From: Oscillospiraceae bacterium
GTDB taxonomy: Bacteria; Bacillota; Clostridia; Oscillospirales; UBA929
Assembly: GCA_031550325.1 (NCBI GenBank)
Contig: JAVBOR010000024.1
Span: forward strand, 4,062 to 68,061
Reading direction: 5' to 3'
Length of the DNA: 64,000 nt
The translations under genes and the position numbers were made by a program. How positions within the stretch are numbered: position 1 is the stretch's first letter; each line of letters opens with the position of its first letter. A model generated the notes under the pieces. The model did no database searches, was not told the DNA's origin, and saw nothing but the letters and a program-made list of their open reading frames with translations. Shown piece after piece: positions 56,198 to 64,000 of this stretch.

Positions 56198-56611
56198 AGT
56201 GACTCCCGCGTGGGGGAGTTTGGCAAGGCCGGAGCAATTTCAGGCGGCAGGGCCGGAGTCAAGTGGGCTGCCAAGAGGCAGAAGACGACACAGTACGAGC
56301 GTGACGGGACCTATTCGGGGTCCTTGCAGGAAGTAGTGCACTACGCAAATGCCGTGTTGTAACGCCACCGCCATCTGATCGAATGGATAGACCTTGAAAA
56401 TGAGCCGGCCTCGCTGGCGGTGTTATGCGGCAGAGGGTATGCGAACAGGAACCCGACCGTTTTGTGTCTTTCGCGTACCCCGCTGGACGATCGGAGTACG
56501 CGGCTGAGCCTGTTGGCATTTGCCAAAGAAGGGCCATTCAAGCAGCAGTCGGCGGAAAAGACCATTTTGCTCATGATTGAGCTGCTGAAAAATGGCGTAC
56601 GAGATACATAA
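56198..56611 (+). pseudogene. Possible pseudogene: one reading frame interrupted by a single in-frame TAA (56360-56362)
   Basis: My frame reading gives ..VGEFGKAGAISGGRAGVKWAAKRQKTTQYERDGTYSGSLQEVVHYANAVL-TAA-RHRHLIEWIDLENEPASLAVLCGRGYAN..LLAFAKEGPFKQQSAEKTILLMIELLKNGVRDT-TAA. The second half equals track ORF 56420-56611. I recognise no family. Confidence 0.3.
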
Positions 56612-56802
56612 AGGGTTTAGTCCAGAGGGGCTGTATTGTCGAAAGGGGTGTTCATGGAAGTTTCAAAAAAGCATTCAAAGTCGGGGCAATCTTCAGTGGA
56701 GCCCTGCTGGTCAGCAGACTCCTGAATCTGGCCATTAAGGCTTTGAGAAGTATAAATCAGGATGCGAATAAAGAGCAGGCGTCGTCTTGACGGCCTCAGC
56801 CA

Positions 56803-56925
56803 GGAAGGACTTTCCCGGAGTGAATCCAGGAAAGTCCTTCCATCGTTTTGTCCAAACTTCGCAAACAGCCTTGGCGGTTAAACCTGAACTCTAGTTTTGT
56901 CAAAGAATCTCAGGTTCGTTGACAG
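56803..56925 (+). repeat. Module C hairpin (13-bp stem) plus an imperfect A palindrome
   Basis: GGAAGGACTTTCC-cggagtgaatcca-GGAAAGTCCTTCC (56803-56841). TCGTTTTGTC is the reverse of the GACAAAACGA flank. TTTTGTCAAAGAATC-tca-GGTTCGTTGACA (56895-56924). Confidence 0.85.
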
Positions 56926-56940
56926 CCTGACGCGGCATGG

Positions 56941-58155
56941 CTAAGAACCTGCGAACTTTTGCGTGAGGATGCGCAGGACTGCCTCGTCCAGGCGGGAGGG
57001 CGAGATCTCGCCGCTTTCCGCAGCCGCGAGCACGGCGTTATACGCCACATCGAAATTATCGGGCATCAGCAGCATGTCGATGCCCGCGTTGAGCGCCTTG
57101 ACTGCCGCCTCGCCGGGCGTATAGTACTGCGTCACAGCGCCCATGTCCAGCGCGTCGGTGATGGCGATGCCCGTAAACCCAAGCTCGCCGCGCAGGATGT
57201 CCTGGAGCAGAAATGAGGAAAAAATGGCGGGATCGTCACTGTTGGTGACGTTCGGTACGGAGATATGCCCCACCATGGTAAACTCGACGGCGGCCTGCGC
57301 GGCTGCTTTGAAGGGGACGAGCTCGACCTCGAGAAGTCGCTGGAGCGTATGGTCAACCGACGCAAAGCCGTTATGTGAGTCCTGTGCGGTGTCGCCGTGG
57401 CCAGGATAGTGCTTGGTGGACGCGAGGATGCCCTCCGCGTGCAGGCCCTCGATAAAGGCGAGCACCATGGGAGTGACGGCTTCTGCGTCAGAGCCGAACG
57501 CGCGGTCGCCAATCACCGTGTTTTGGGCGTTTGTATTGATGTCGGCCACCGGGGCAAAGTCCACGGTGAACCCTAACGCAGTGAGATAGGCCCCGATCTC
57601 TCTGGCGTAACGCGTGGCTTCGGAAGGATCTCCCGCCGCGCCGATCGCGGCGGCGTCGGGAATGGGCGGATATCCCAGAGCGCCGGTGCGCGCCACGGAG
57701 CCGCCCTCCTCATCCACGCCCACAAACAGAGGGATGGCCGCGGCGCTCTTCAGGTCGGCAATATACTGCTTTGTCTGCTCCTTGGTGCTTATGTTCTCCG
57801 CAAACAAAACAACGCCTCCGATGCCTTTGTCGGCAATGGCTTCGCGCTGGACATCTCCCATCTCGGTGACGGCGCCGCCCCAGAAATCGCGGCGAAAGGC
57901 GAGGAAGAACACCTGCCCAACCTTTTGCCGGAGAGTCATCGAACGCAGTGTTTGCTGCGCCAAGTCCTCCGGGGAGGGAGACGGTGACTCCGCCGGCGCA
58001 GGGCTGGGCGACGGTGACGGCGACGGCGAAGGAGACGGAACCGCCGGGGAGGAGCTGTCCGGTGACAGGACAAAAGAGGGCCTGGGCGCGCAGGAGACCA
58101 GTGCAATCATGGCGGCGGCGGCGACCAGGCCAAGCATATTACGATAAGCAGTCAA
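56941..58155 (-). CDS. GH3 beta-N-acetylhexosaminidase (NagZ-like) lipoprotein
   Basis: I prefer TTG 58155 (MTAYRNMLGLVAAAAMIALVSC lipobox; alternative ATG at 58137) over track start 58317. An SP-repeat linker follows. Sequence: KVGQ.F..GVVLF..N..GVDEEGG.V.R..KHYPGHGDT..D.H. Confidence 0.85.
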   Translation of the reverse strand: MTAYRNMLGLVAAAAMIALVSCAPRPSFVLSPDSSSPAVPSPSPSPSPSPSPAPAESPSPSPEDLAQQTLRSMTLRQKVGQVFFLAFRRDFWGGAVTEMGDVQREAIADKGIGGVVLFAENISTKEQTKQYIADLKSAAAIPLFVGVDEEGGSVARTGALGYPPIPDAAAIGAAGDPSEATRYAREIGAYLTALGFTVDFAPVADINTNAQNTVIGDRAFGSDAEAVTPMVLAFIEGLHAEGILASTKHYPGHGDTAQDSHNGFASVDHTLQRLLEVELVPFKAAAQAAVEFTMVGHISVPNVTNSDDPAIFSSFLLQDILRGELGFTGIAITDALDMGAVTQYYTPGEAAVKALNAGIDMLLMPDNFDVAYNAVLAAAESGEISPSRLDEAVLRILTQKFAGS

Positions 58156-58186
58156 CGTAATTCTTCTTTCTCCAATCTTTTTCGGC

Positions 58187-58345
58187 TTTGTACAAGAACC
58201 GCGGTTTTTGTACAAAGCCGGAGGTTGCAGAGAGAGCTTTCCCGGATTGAATCCGTGAAAGCTCTGCGATTTAATCTTTTTTGGCATCGGCCGGCAAGGA
58301 TCTGCCAGCTGCGCCATCAGACTCGACGTGAATCCGCGAAAAAGG
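58187..58345 (+). repeat. Composite intergenic element copy R5 (variant A, C, degenerate D)
   Basis: A variant: TTTGTACAAGAACC-gc-GGTTTTTGTACAAA (58187-58216). C: AGAGCTTTC-ccggattgaatccgt-GAAAGCTCT (58232-58265). D core: CAAGGATCTGCCAGCTGCGCCATCAGACTCGAC (58295-58327). Confidence 0.8.
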
Positions 58346-58405
58346 ATGGGAGCATAAAAGGGGCTTGCTACAGGCTGTTCAAAGAAGCGGAGGCCCCTTG
58401 ACGGC

Positions 58406-58879
58406 CTAAGGCGCTGCTGTGTTTGCTTTGCAGCCGAAAGGGGCGGTCAGATCTTTTATCATTAAAAAGTGCGGCCCTACCCCAGGCACGTCGAACACGT
58501 CGCCGAGCGACACCCAGCCATTCTTTTGATAAAAGGGAACAGCCGCAACGCGGGCCTGACACCAAATCGCGGCGTAACCCCGGCCACGCAGGCGGTCTTC
58601 GCCGGCAAGCAGCATGAGCGACCCGACACCCTGGCCGCGCAGCTCAGACAAAACGGCCATGCCGCGCAGCCGATAGTCTGCATCCCCGTCACCAGGGAAA
58701 GGCTCCTTCTGAAATGTGCTGACGCCGACAAGCCTGTCGTTCAGAAACCCTCCGAGGTGAAATGTCGTGAGGGCGTCATCCTCGCTCCAGCGGCAAGTGT
58801 CGGGGGAAAGCCCGGCCCGCAGAACTTTTTGGCGGATGTCGACGGTATCCTCGCTGAGAATGGGTTTGACGGCAATCAT
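58406..58879 (-). CDS. GNAT-family N-acetyltransferase
   Basis: 157 aa. The acetyl-CoA loop RGQGVGSLML and YQKNGW are typical of GNAT. Confidence 0.8.
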   Translation of the reverse strand: MIAVKPILSEDTVDIRQKVLRAGLSPDTCRWSEDDALTTFHLGGFLNDRLVGVSTFQKEPFPGDGDADYRLRGMAVLSELRGQGVGSLMLLAGEDRLRGRGYAAIWCQARVAAVPFYQKNGWVSLGDVFDVPGVGPHFLMIKDLTAPFGCKANTAAP

Positions 58880-58900
58880 ACAAGCTTTACTCCTCTCAGG

Positions 58901-59458
58901 CTATGGCTCGGCGCGTTCGAGTGTCCACAGCCACAGCTTTCCCTGAATGCTGGCACGGGAAAAGGCGTTTTTTTGCAGAACACGGTGCGAGGCCGTATTG
59001 TCGGCGCTGGTTGTGGCGTGAATACGCCACACGGGAAATTCTTTTTGGGTCCAGGCCATCGTGCACAGGCTGTCCACCGCCTCGGTCATATACCCCTGGT
59101 TGCGGGCAAACTGGCGCATGCCGTAGCCTATTTCGACGGCGCCCATGTGCGGAGGGCCCTTAAAGCCCGCCTCTCCGACGACCGTTCTGGTGTTCCTGTC
59201 CACCAAAAGCCATGTGGTTGACAGCAGAAGCGTGCGCGGCCAGCGCCGCAGGATATCTGACTTGGCGGCGTAAATGCGGCGCTTGGAGAGCATTTCGCGA
59301 AACCCAAACGGCTGCGCTGCCGCGCCAAACTCCATGGCAACGCCGTTGGGGTCGGCAGCCGCCCGGCGCAGCTGACCGAGGGAGAGCGGATAGAGGCAAA
59401 GGCGCTCCGTTTGGAGCGAAACGGCGCAGAGATCCTCTGCATATGGATCCGCAGCCAT
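58901..59458 (-). CDS. GNAT-family N-acetyltransferase (RimJ/RimL-like)
   Basis: 185 aa. Sequence: LQTERLCLYPLS.., VGEAGFKGPP..GAVEIGYGM....NQGYMTEAV..L, ..N.AS.RVLQKNAF. Confidence 0.75.
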   Translation of the reverse strand: MAADPYAEDLCAVSLQTERLCLYPLSLGQLRRAAADPNGVAMEFGAAAQPFGFREMLSKRRIYAAKSDILRRWPRTLLLSTTWLLVDRNTRTVVGEAGFKGPPHMGAVEIGYGMRQFARNQGYMTEAVDSLCTMAWTQKEFPVWRIHATTSADNTASHRVLQKNAFSRASIQGKLWLWTLERAEP

Positions 59459-59467
59459 ACGCGAAAA

Positions 59468-62400
59468 TCACTCCTTTGCCAGCTTTTTGAAATGGGTTGT
59501 CCCGCGGCGGCGTTTCGAGGGGTTGGACTGCTGATGGAAAAAGTCGGCAATCTCGTTTTTCTCCAGAGCACCGGAAAAGTAGTAGCCCTGCGCGTAGTCG
59601 CAGCCATACTCCACGAGGTCTATATACTGCTCCTGCGCCTCAACGCCGGTACAAAACACGCTGCAGCCCGCTGCTTTGGCCATTTCGATGGAGGTTTGCA
59701 CAACCGTGTCGCAGAACGGGTCGTGCTGCATATGGCCGATGAGGCTGATGTCGATGTTGACAAAGTCAATGCCCTCGCGCCAGACGCGCGAAAGCGCGTT
59801 ATAAGAGGTGCCGTTGTTATCCAGAGAGACCTTCGCGCCGAGGTCGCGCAGGCGCTGCAGGTTGTTCTCCCCGGTTTGAATGTCGAGAACGGCAGCGCTC
59901 TCGCTGATGCTCAGCACCAACGAGGCGGGAGGAAACGCTGTTTCGCTGAGCTGCGCACGGAGCGTATCGACCGCGGAGCGGTCCTGCAGTTGGGCAGCTG
60001 AGAGGTTGACCACGAGCAGGAAGCCGTCGGTAACAAAGTCTTTAAAGTCCTTTAGGGCTGTTTTTAGGACAAAATCACCCAAAATCCCCATCAGACCAAG
60101 CGATTCGGCGGCGGCCAAAAATGTTTCGGGCCGCTGAAGCACGCCGTTGAAGTCACGCCAGCGCACCAGGGCTTCCACGCCGGTGGGCAGTCCGGTATCC
60201 AGGCGGACAACCGGCTGGTACAAAACGCTGAAATCCTTGCAGCCCTCGCGAACCGACCGGCTCAGCGCGCGCTCGACATCCATGCGCTGGCTCAGTCCGC
60301 CCTCGAGGCCGCGGCGGAAAAAGACAGCTGAGTTCTTTCCTTCATACTTGGCCTTGTACATGGCCATGTCGGCATGGCGCAAGAGCTCCTTGGCGTCCCG
60401 GCCGTCCTTGGGAAAGCGGGACACCCCAATGCTGATGGTGGAGTAGACCGAAACCCCGCTGAGCTCCCATGGCCGCTGAAACCGGCCCCAAATGTTCTCA
60501 ACCGTGCTGGCCAGAGTGTCGGACGCGACGTTTTCAAGCAGAATCATAAACTCGTCGCCGCCGAGTCGGTACAAGTGCTCGCCGATGGGGTCTATGGCGC
60601 GCAGGGCATCGGCAATGGCGCGCAGAAGCTGATCGCCCCGCTGGTGGCCAAAGGAGTCGTTGATCATCTTGAAGTCGTCCAAATCCATAAACAGCAGCGC
60701 GCAGGTCACATTTTCCCCGTTGGCGGCGCGCTTGAGAATCAGCTGCAAGTCGTGCTCAAATTTGCGTCGGTTGGGGATGTTCATCAAAGCGTCATAGTAG
60801 GCAAGCCGCTGGATCATCGTCTCTGTCTTGCGCAGCTCGGTGATATCGGTTGCCGAGACAATCAGAACCATGCGTCCGTCCAGCCAGGGAATGGTGTTGT
60901 GCGAAGTGAAATAGACGCGGTCACCATGAATGAGCTCACAGGTGTACGGGCCTTTGCGCAGGCCAAATCCGTTTTCTCGGGTCAGGCCGGGAAAGACCTG
61001 CCAGGCGTATTTCAGCTCGTGCTGGGGAAGCCCGATCAGCTTTTGGCACTGCGCGTTGACATAGGTGATGCGCAGGGTGTCCGGGTCACAGGTCAGCACA
61101 GAGAGATCCAGATTGTACATCACGGCGTCAAAAACGGAGCCTGAGCGCATGATGACCTGTTCGACGCGCTGGTAAATCACCACGTTTGAGATCAGCCGAA
61201 GCAGAATTTCGTAATACTCCCGGTCCTGCTGAAAATACAGCCTTGCCTGCTGGCAGGCTTCAAACACAATAATGCTGACGGGCTCCCCGTCCTGGAAGAC
61301 GGGAAAGTACACCGCAGAAAGTACACCAGTGGCGTCAAAGCTCGCCTGAATGGATGGCGGCGGCGGGTTGGACTGGTCATAGATGAACAGTCCCTCCGAG
61401 GTGTAGGGAACCCCGTCGTTTGTCTCATGAAAGCGGGCCCTGTGTTCCCAGGGGATGGCCTCAACGCCGTCGGCGCACCACTCATAGGTGATCGTAAACA
61501 GCCCGGAAAGCTTTTTTTCCAAAACGTACGCGCGGGAAAAACGCTGATCCTCTCCCACGCAGGCGAGAATGCCGTTCATCGTCTCGGACAGGCTGCCGGC
61601 GTTTTGCGTCAAATCGAAAATGCGGTTGAGCAGCCGCTGACGCGAGACGCTGCGGCTGATTTTGGAGCTGACCTGCCGTGCGAGCTCGGTCTGCGCGACC
61701 AAATGGCTCGAGTGCGCATAATTCAGGGCGATGATGCTGGCCATGCGGTTAAACTCCAGCACGGCGTCGGTAAAGCGCTTTGGATCGTAAAGCGGCATCG
61801 CTTCCACAAGCGCGCGCATGCCGTCGGGGTCAAGGCCGAGCGCGCGGCAGCTGCGCCGGAACGTGGGGGGCAGCTGGGCGTCCAGGCGGACGTGGCCAAA
61901 AATCCATACGGCCAAAACGCGGTCGCCGCGCAGCGTGGGGATGGCGACAATCTCCAGTGAGGTGCATCGGCTGCGCGTTTGGATGATGCGTTTTTCCGCG
62001 CCGGCAGCGCCGGCTAACGTGCGGAGCTCCTGCAAAAACGCGCCTTCGGAGGTGTCGCAGGACAAAACCAGGTCGACCACGGCGCAATGACCGGAGGGGG
62101 CGTTGAGCGGGCCGCCGTACTCGTCAAACGCCAGGACATATAAGTCAAAAATGTGCGCCAGCGTGTCCTGATGGTGTTGAATACGGTCGGCGCCAACCAG
62201 CTCGAACAGCGGCATATCCAGGTCGGGAGAGGTCGGCGAACGCTCTAAAAAACGCTCCAGCCGGTCGCGGATGGAGTAGGATTCCTCCTGCAGGCTGAGC
62301 AAAAGCTCGGCCTGCAGGCCCACGTCAACCAAAAGCCCTTCCATGACCCAAACGCCGGCCTGTTCGACGCACTGCATATACACCTGGATCGGATGCAGAC

Positions 62401-63406
62401 GATCGTTGTTATCCCGGAGCGACAGGGTGCCGGTGTAGCGTATTCCGGGCTGCGCCGATCCCGAGAGCCAGGCGCGCAGTTCCCCACGCTCCCGGATGTC
62501 AAAAAAGTCGGGAAACGAAAAGGACGAGGAGAGCAGGGAGGCGCTTTCATATCCAAAGACGCGCACGCTTTTGGAGATGTAGGTCAGACGATAGGGCGCG
62601 CCGCGCTCAAAGAAAAACGCGACGGTCTGGGATCTGTCCAGAATGTCCTTGTGAACACGGGAGGTTTGAAGCGCGCGGTGCAGCGGCGTCTCCACCTGCT
62701 CAACCTGTCTGGTGTAGTTTTCAAACACGACAAGAGTCGCCAGCGGTCTGCCGTCCAACGCGCAGACCGACAGGGTGTTGCTGCGAATCCAGAACAGCCT
62801 CCCGAGCGGGTCGTAGCGGCTGATATATTGGACAAATGTCGGCGTCTGACGGGGATTGAGCAGGTCAATCGGCAGACAGTCGTCGGCTTTATACAAAAAC
62901 GGATAGATGGTTTCCCCCAGCTCAAACGCCCGGTTCACATGCGTCTGTCCGTCGCTGTAAATCACCGAAAGCGGCATGGAGTCCAGCAGATTCTGCGCCC
63001 AGGCGCCTGCGCGCTTATTGGTGGTGATCAGCGTGACGCACATGGCGGCGACCAGGGTCTGAACGACAGGATAGGCGTCGGGATCAATGGCGGCCAGGCC
63101 GACTTGAGTTCCGTCACGGTCGGTAAACTGCGCGCAGCAGCCTTCCGCCCTCAAAAGGCAATCCCGTCCGCCGCTGTCTTTCCAGCGCAGGGACAGCAAC
63201 CCGTCCATACACCCGATTGAGGCGTTCAGCGAGCCCTCCCAGAATACGGAAAGTGATGCCGGCGCATGGCCCGCAAGCCGCTTCGCCATGAGCGCGTTGG
63301 CGCTGGGCGGGCGTTCGGACGCAAAAACGATCAGCGGAACCGGCGCGGCATCCATATGCGACACGAGCAGGCTGTATGGATCAAAGCGCTTTTGTCTCAT
63401 AGTCAA
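59468..63406 (-). CDS. Multi-sensor (PAS/GAF-like) diguanylate cyclase/phosphodiesterase: GGDEF plus EAL with an altered metal-binding motif
   Basis: 1312 aa, GAGGG SD. About 850 aa of cytoplasmic sensor region. GGDEF domain: YYDALMNIPNRR..DLDDFKMINDSFGHQRGDQLL..YRLGGDEFMILL. EAL domain: YQPVV..GVEALVRW..EISE..QGYYFS. The usual DDFGTGYSSL block reads LDNNGTSYNAL (59804-59821). Confidence 0.85.
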   Translation of the reverse strand: MTMRQKRFDPYSLLVSHMDAAPVPLIVFASERPPSANALMAKRLAGHAPASLSVFWEGSLNASIGCMDGLLSLRWKDSGGRDCLLRAEGCCAQFTDRDGTQVGLAAIDPDAYPVVQTLVAAMCVTLITTNKRAGAWAQNLLDSMPLSVIYSDGQTHVNRAFELGETIYPFLYKADDCLPIDLLNPRQTPTFVQYISRYDPLGRLFWIRSNTLSVCALDGRPLATLVVFENYTRQVEQVETPLHRALQTSRVHKDILDRSQTVAFFFERGAPYRLTYISKSVRVFGYESASLLSSSFSFPDFFDIRERGELRAWLSGSAQPGIRYTGTLSLRDNNDRLHPIQVYMQCVEQAGVWVMEGLLVDVGLQAELLLSLQEESYSIRDRLERFLERSPTSPDLDMPLFELVGADRIQHHQDTLAHIFDLYVLAFDEYGGPLNAPSGHCAVVDLVLSCDTSEGAFLQELRTLAGAAGAEKRIIQTRSRCTSLEIVAIPTLRGDRVLAVWIFGHVRLDAQLPPTFRRSCRALGLDPDGMRALVEAMPLYDPKRFTDAVLEFNRMASIIALNYAHSSHLVAQTELARQVSSKISRSVSRQRLLNRIFDLTQNAGSLSETMNGILACVGEDQRFSRAYVLEKKLSGLFTITYEWCADGVEAIPWEHRARFHETNDGVPYTSEGLFIYDQSNPPPPSIQASFDATGVLSAVYFPVFQDGEPVSIIVFEACQQARLYFQQDREYYEILLRLISNVVIYQRVEQVIMRSGSVFDAVMYNLDLSVLTCDPDTLRITYVNAQCQKLIGLPQHELKYAWQVFPGLTRENGFGLRKGPYTCELIHGDRVYFTSHNTIPWLDGRMVLIVSATDITELRKTETMIQRLAYYDALMNIPNRRKFEHDLQLILKRAANGENVTCALLFMDLDDFKMINDSFGHQRGDQLLRAIADALRAIDPIGEHLYRLGGDEFMILLENVASDTLASTVENIWGRFQRPWELSGVSVYSTISIGVSRFPKDGRDAKELLRHADMAMYKAKYEGKNSAVFFRRGLEGGLSQRMDVERALSRSVREGCKDFSVLYQPVVRLDTGLPTGVEALVRWRDFNGVLQRPETFLAAAESLGLMGILGDFVLKTALKDFKDFVTDGFLLVVNLSAAQLQDRSAVDTLRAQLSETAFPPASLVLSISESAAVLDIQTGENNLQRLRDLGAKVSLDNNGTSYNALSRVWREGIDFVNIDISLIGHMQHDPFCDTVVQTSIEMAKAAGCSVFCTGVEAQEQYIDLVEYGCDYAQGYYFSGALEKNEIADFFHQQSNPSKRRRGTTHFKKLAKE

Positions 63407-63774
63407 CCCTCATTTTGACATGGCCTGGCGGGGCGGCCATAAAATGGTTCCAGGCAAAGCGTGTTGAAGAGCGGCTTTTGCCGGCTGCACAGAGTCAATC
63501 AGCAAAACATCTCGACATGTTTAGGCATCAAAGAACCCTTTTGGTGTTTTTTCAATAGGGGAGTGAGCAAAAAACACAAATAAACGTATTTTGATGGGGG
63601 ATTGGACGAGCCCTTTACATAACAATGCTATTCTACATCATTTATGTTCGTATGACAAGGCTAACTTTTAAAAAGAATAAACGACTTTTTAATGATCATT
63701 GCGTCTAAAAACAGCAGTTGTCCTCCTTTGGTTACATAATGCAGACGCGCTCTGCAAAATTCGGGCAAAAACGC

Positions 63775-63804
63775 TTGTGTATGAGCGGCATCTTAGTGTA
63801 TAAT
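63775..63804 (+). promoter_or_regulatory. Candidate extended -10 promoter for the downstream hydrolase gene
   Basis: TTGTGT (63775-63780), 18-nt spacer, TG-n-TATAAT (TG at 63797-63798, TATAAT at 63799-63804). Confidence 0.5.
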
Positions 63805-63858
63805 CATCGTGAGCTTTTTGGCGTCGGCATGGCCGCGCCGAAGGAGAGGATTACTGCT

Positions 63859-64000
63859 TTGGAAATATGCGGAATTCCCGTCAGCTGCGCCATTGCGGGA
63901 CAGGGGCCACCGCTGCTGTTCCTGCACGGCTGGGGCGTGGGCCATGACTCGTATGGGCCGCTGCTCAGGCAGCTGGAGGGGTCGCACACCGTTTACGCCC
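63859..64000 (+). CDS. Alpha/beta-fold hydrolase, N-terminal fragment (continues beyond the window)
   Basis: TTG 63859 lies 9 nt after AAGGAGAGG. The reading LEICGIPVSCAIAGQGPPLLFLHGWGVGHDSYGPLLRQLEGSHTVYA is stop-free to the window end. Not in the ORF track. Confidence 0.6.
   Translation, partial: MEICGIPVSCAIAGQGPPLLFLHGWGVGHDSYGPLLRQLEGSHTVYA

Overview
Visibly GC-rich chromosomal segment that looks like the core genome of a spore-forming Clostridia-type Firmicute (sigH, yunB, ytaF-like and pdaB-like genes, an SLH-domain protein). I call about 53 protein genes and one RNase P RNA (rnpB, minus strand, absent from the ORF track). I saw no tRNA, rRNA, CRISPR array, transposase or integrase. 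Most genes are housekeeping: murD, ruvCAB, glmM, sigH, trmK and a Nif3-family gene, rqcH, fba, ligA-gatCAB, yceD-rpmF, der-plsY-trmL, a uracil-DNA glycosylase and three tandem M42 peptidases. Less ordinary genes are listed below.
- A 1630-aa secreted protein with two GH26 catalytic domains.
- A symporter plus two phenylacetate-CoA-ligase paralogs plus an ACT-domain gene.
- A PTS-EIIC-like membrane domain fused to an EAL phosphodiesterase, followed by cell-envelope genes (GH18-SLH, a deacetylase lipoprotein, CapA).
- A [FeFe]-hydrogenase-like protein fused to a methyl-accepting chemotaxis signalling domain.
- A 1312-aa multi-sensor GGDEF-EAL protein.
- A small lower-GC islet (54.6-56.9 kb) holding a Zn-ribbon/TPR-like protein, a stop-interrupted ORF and a small ORF with an in-frame A-AAA-AAG slippery heptamer.
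The structure least explained by gene annotation is a modular family of intergenic repeats built from four hairpin or palindrome modules. It occupies at least ten spacers. At least five copies are full-length and co-oriented. Stems show compensatory changes around conserved loops or cores, and one copy supplies the last ~30 codons and the stop codon of gatB. Many long ORFs in the track are antisense or alternate-frame artefacts of the high GC content, and several track ORFs start upstream of the real start codon. All homology statements come from my own motif recognition, not from database searches.
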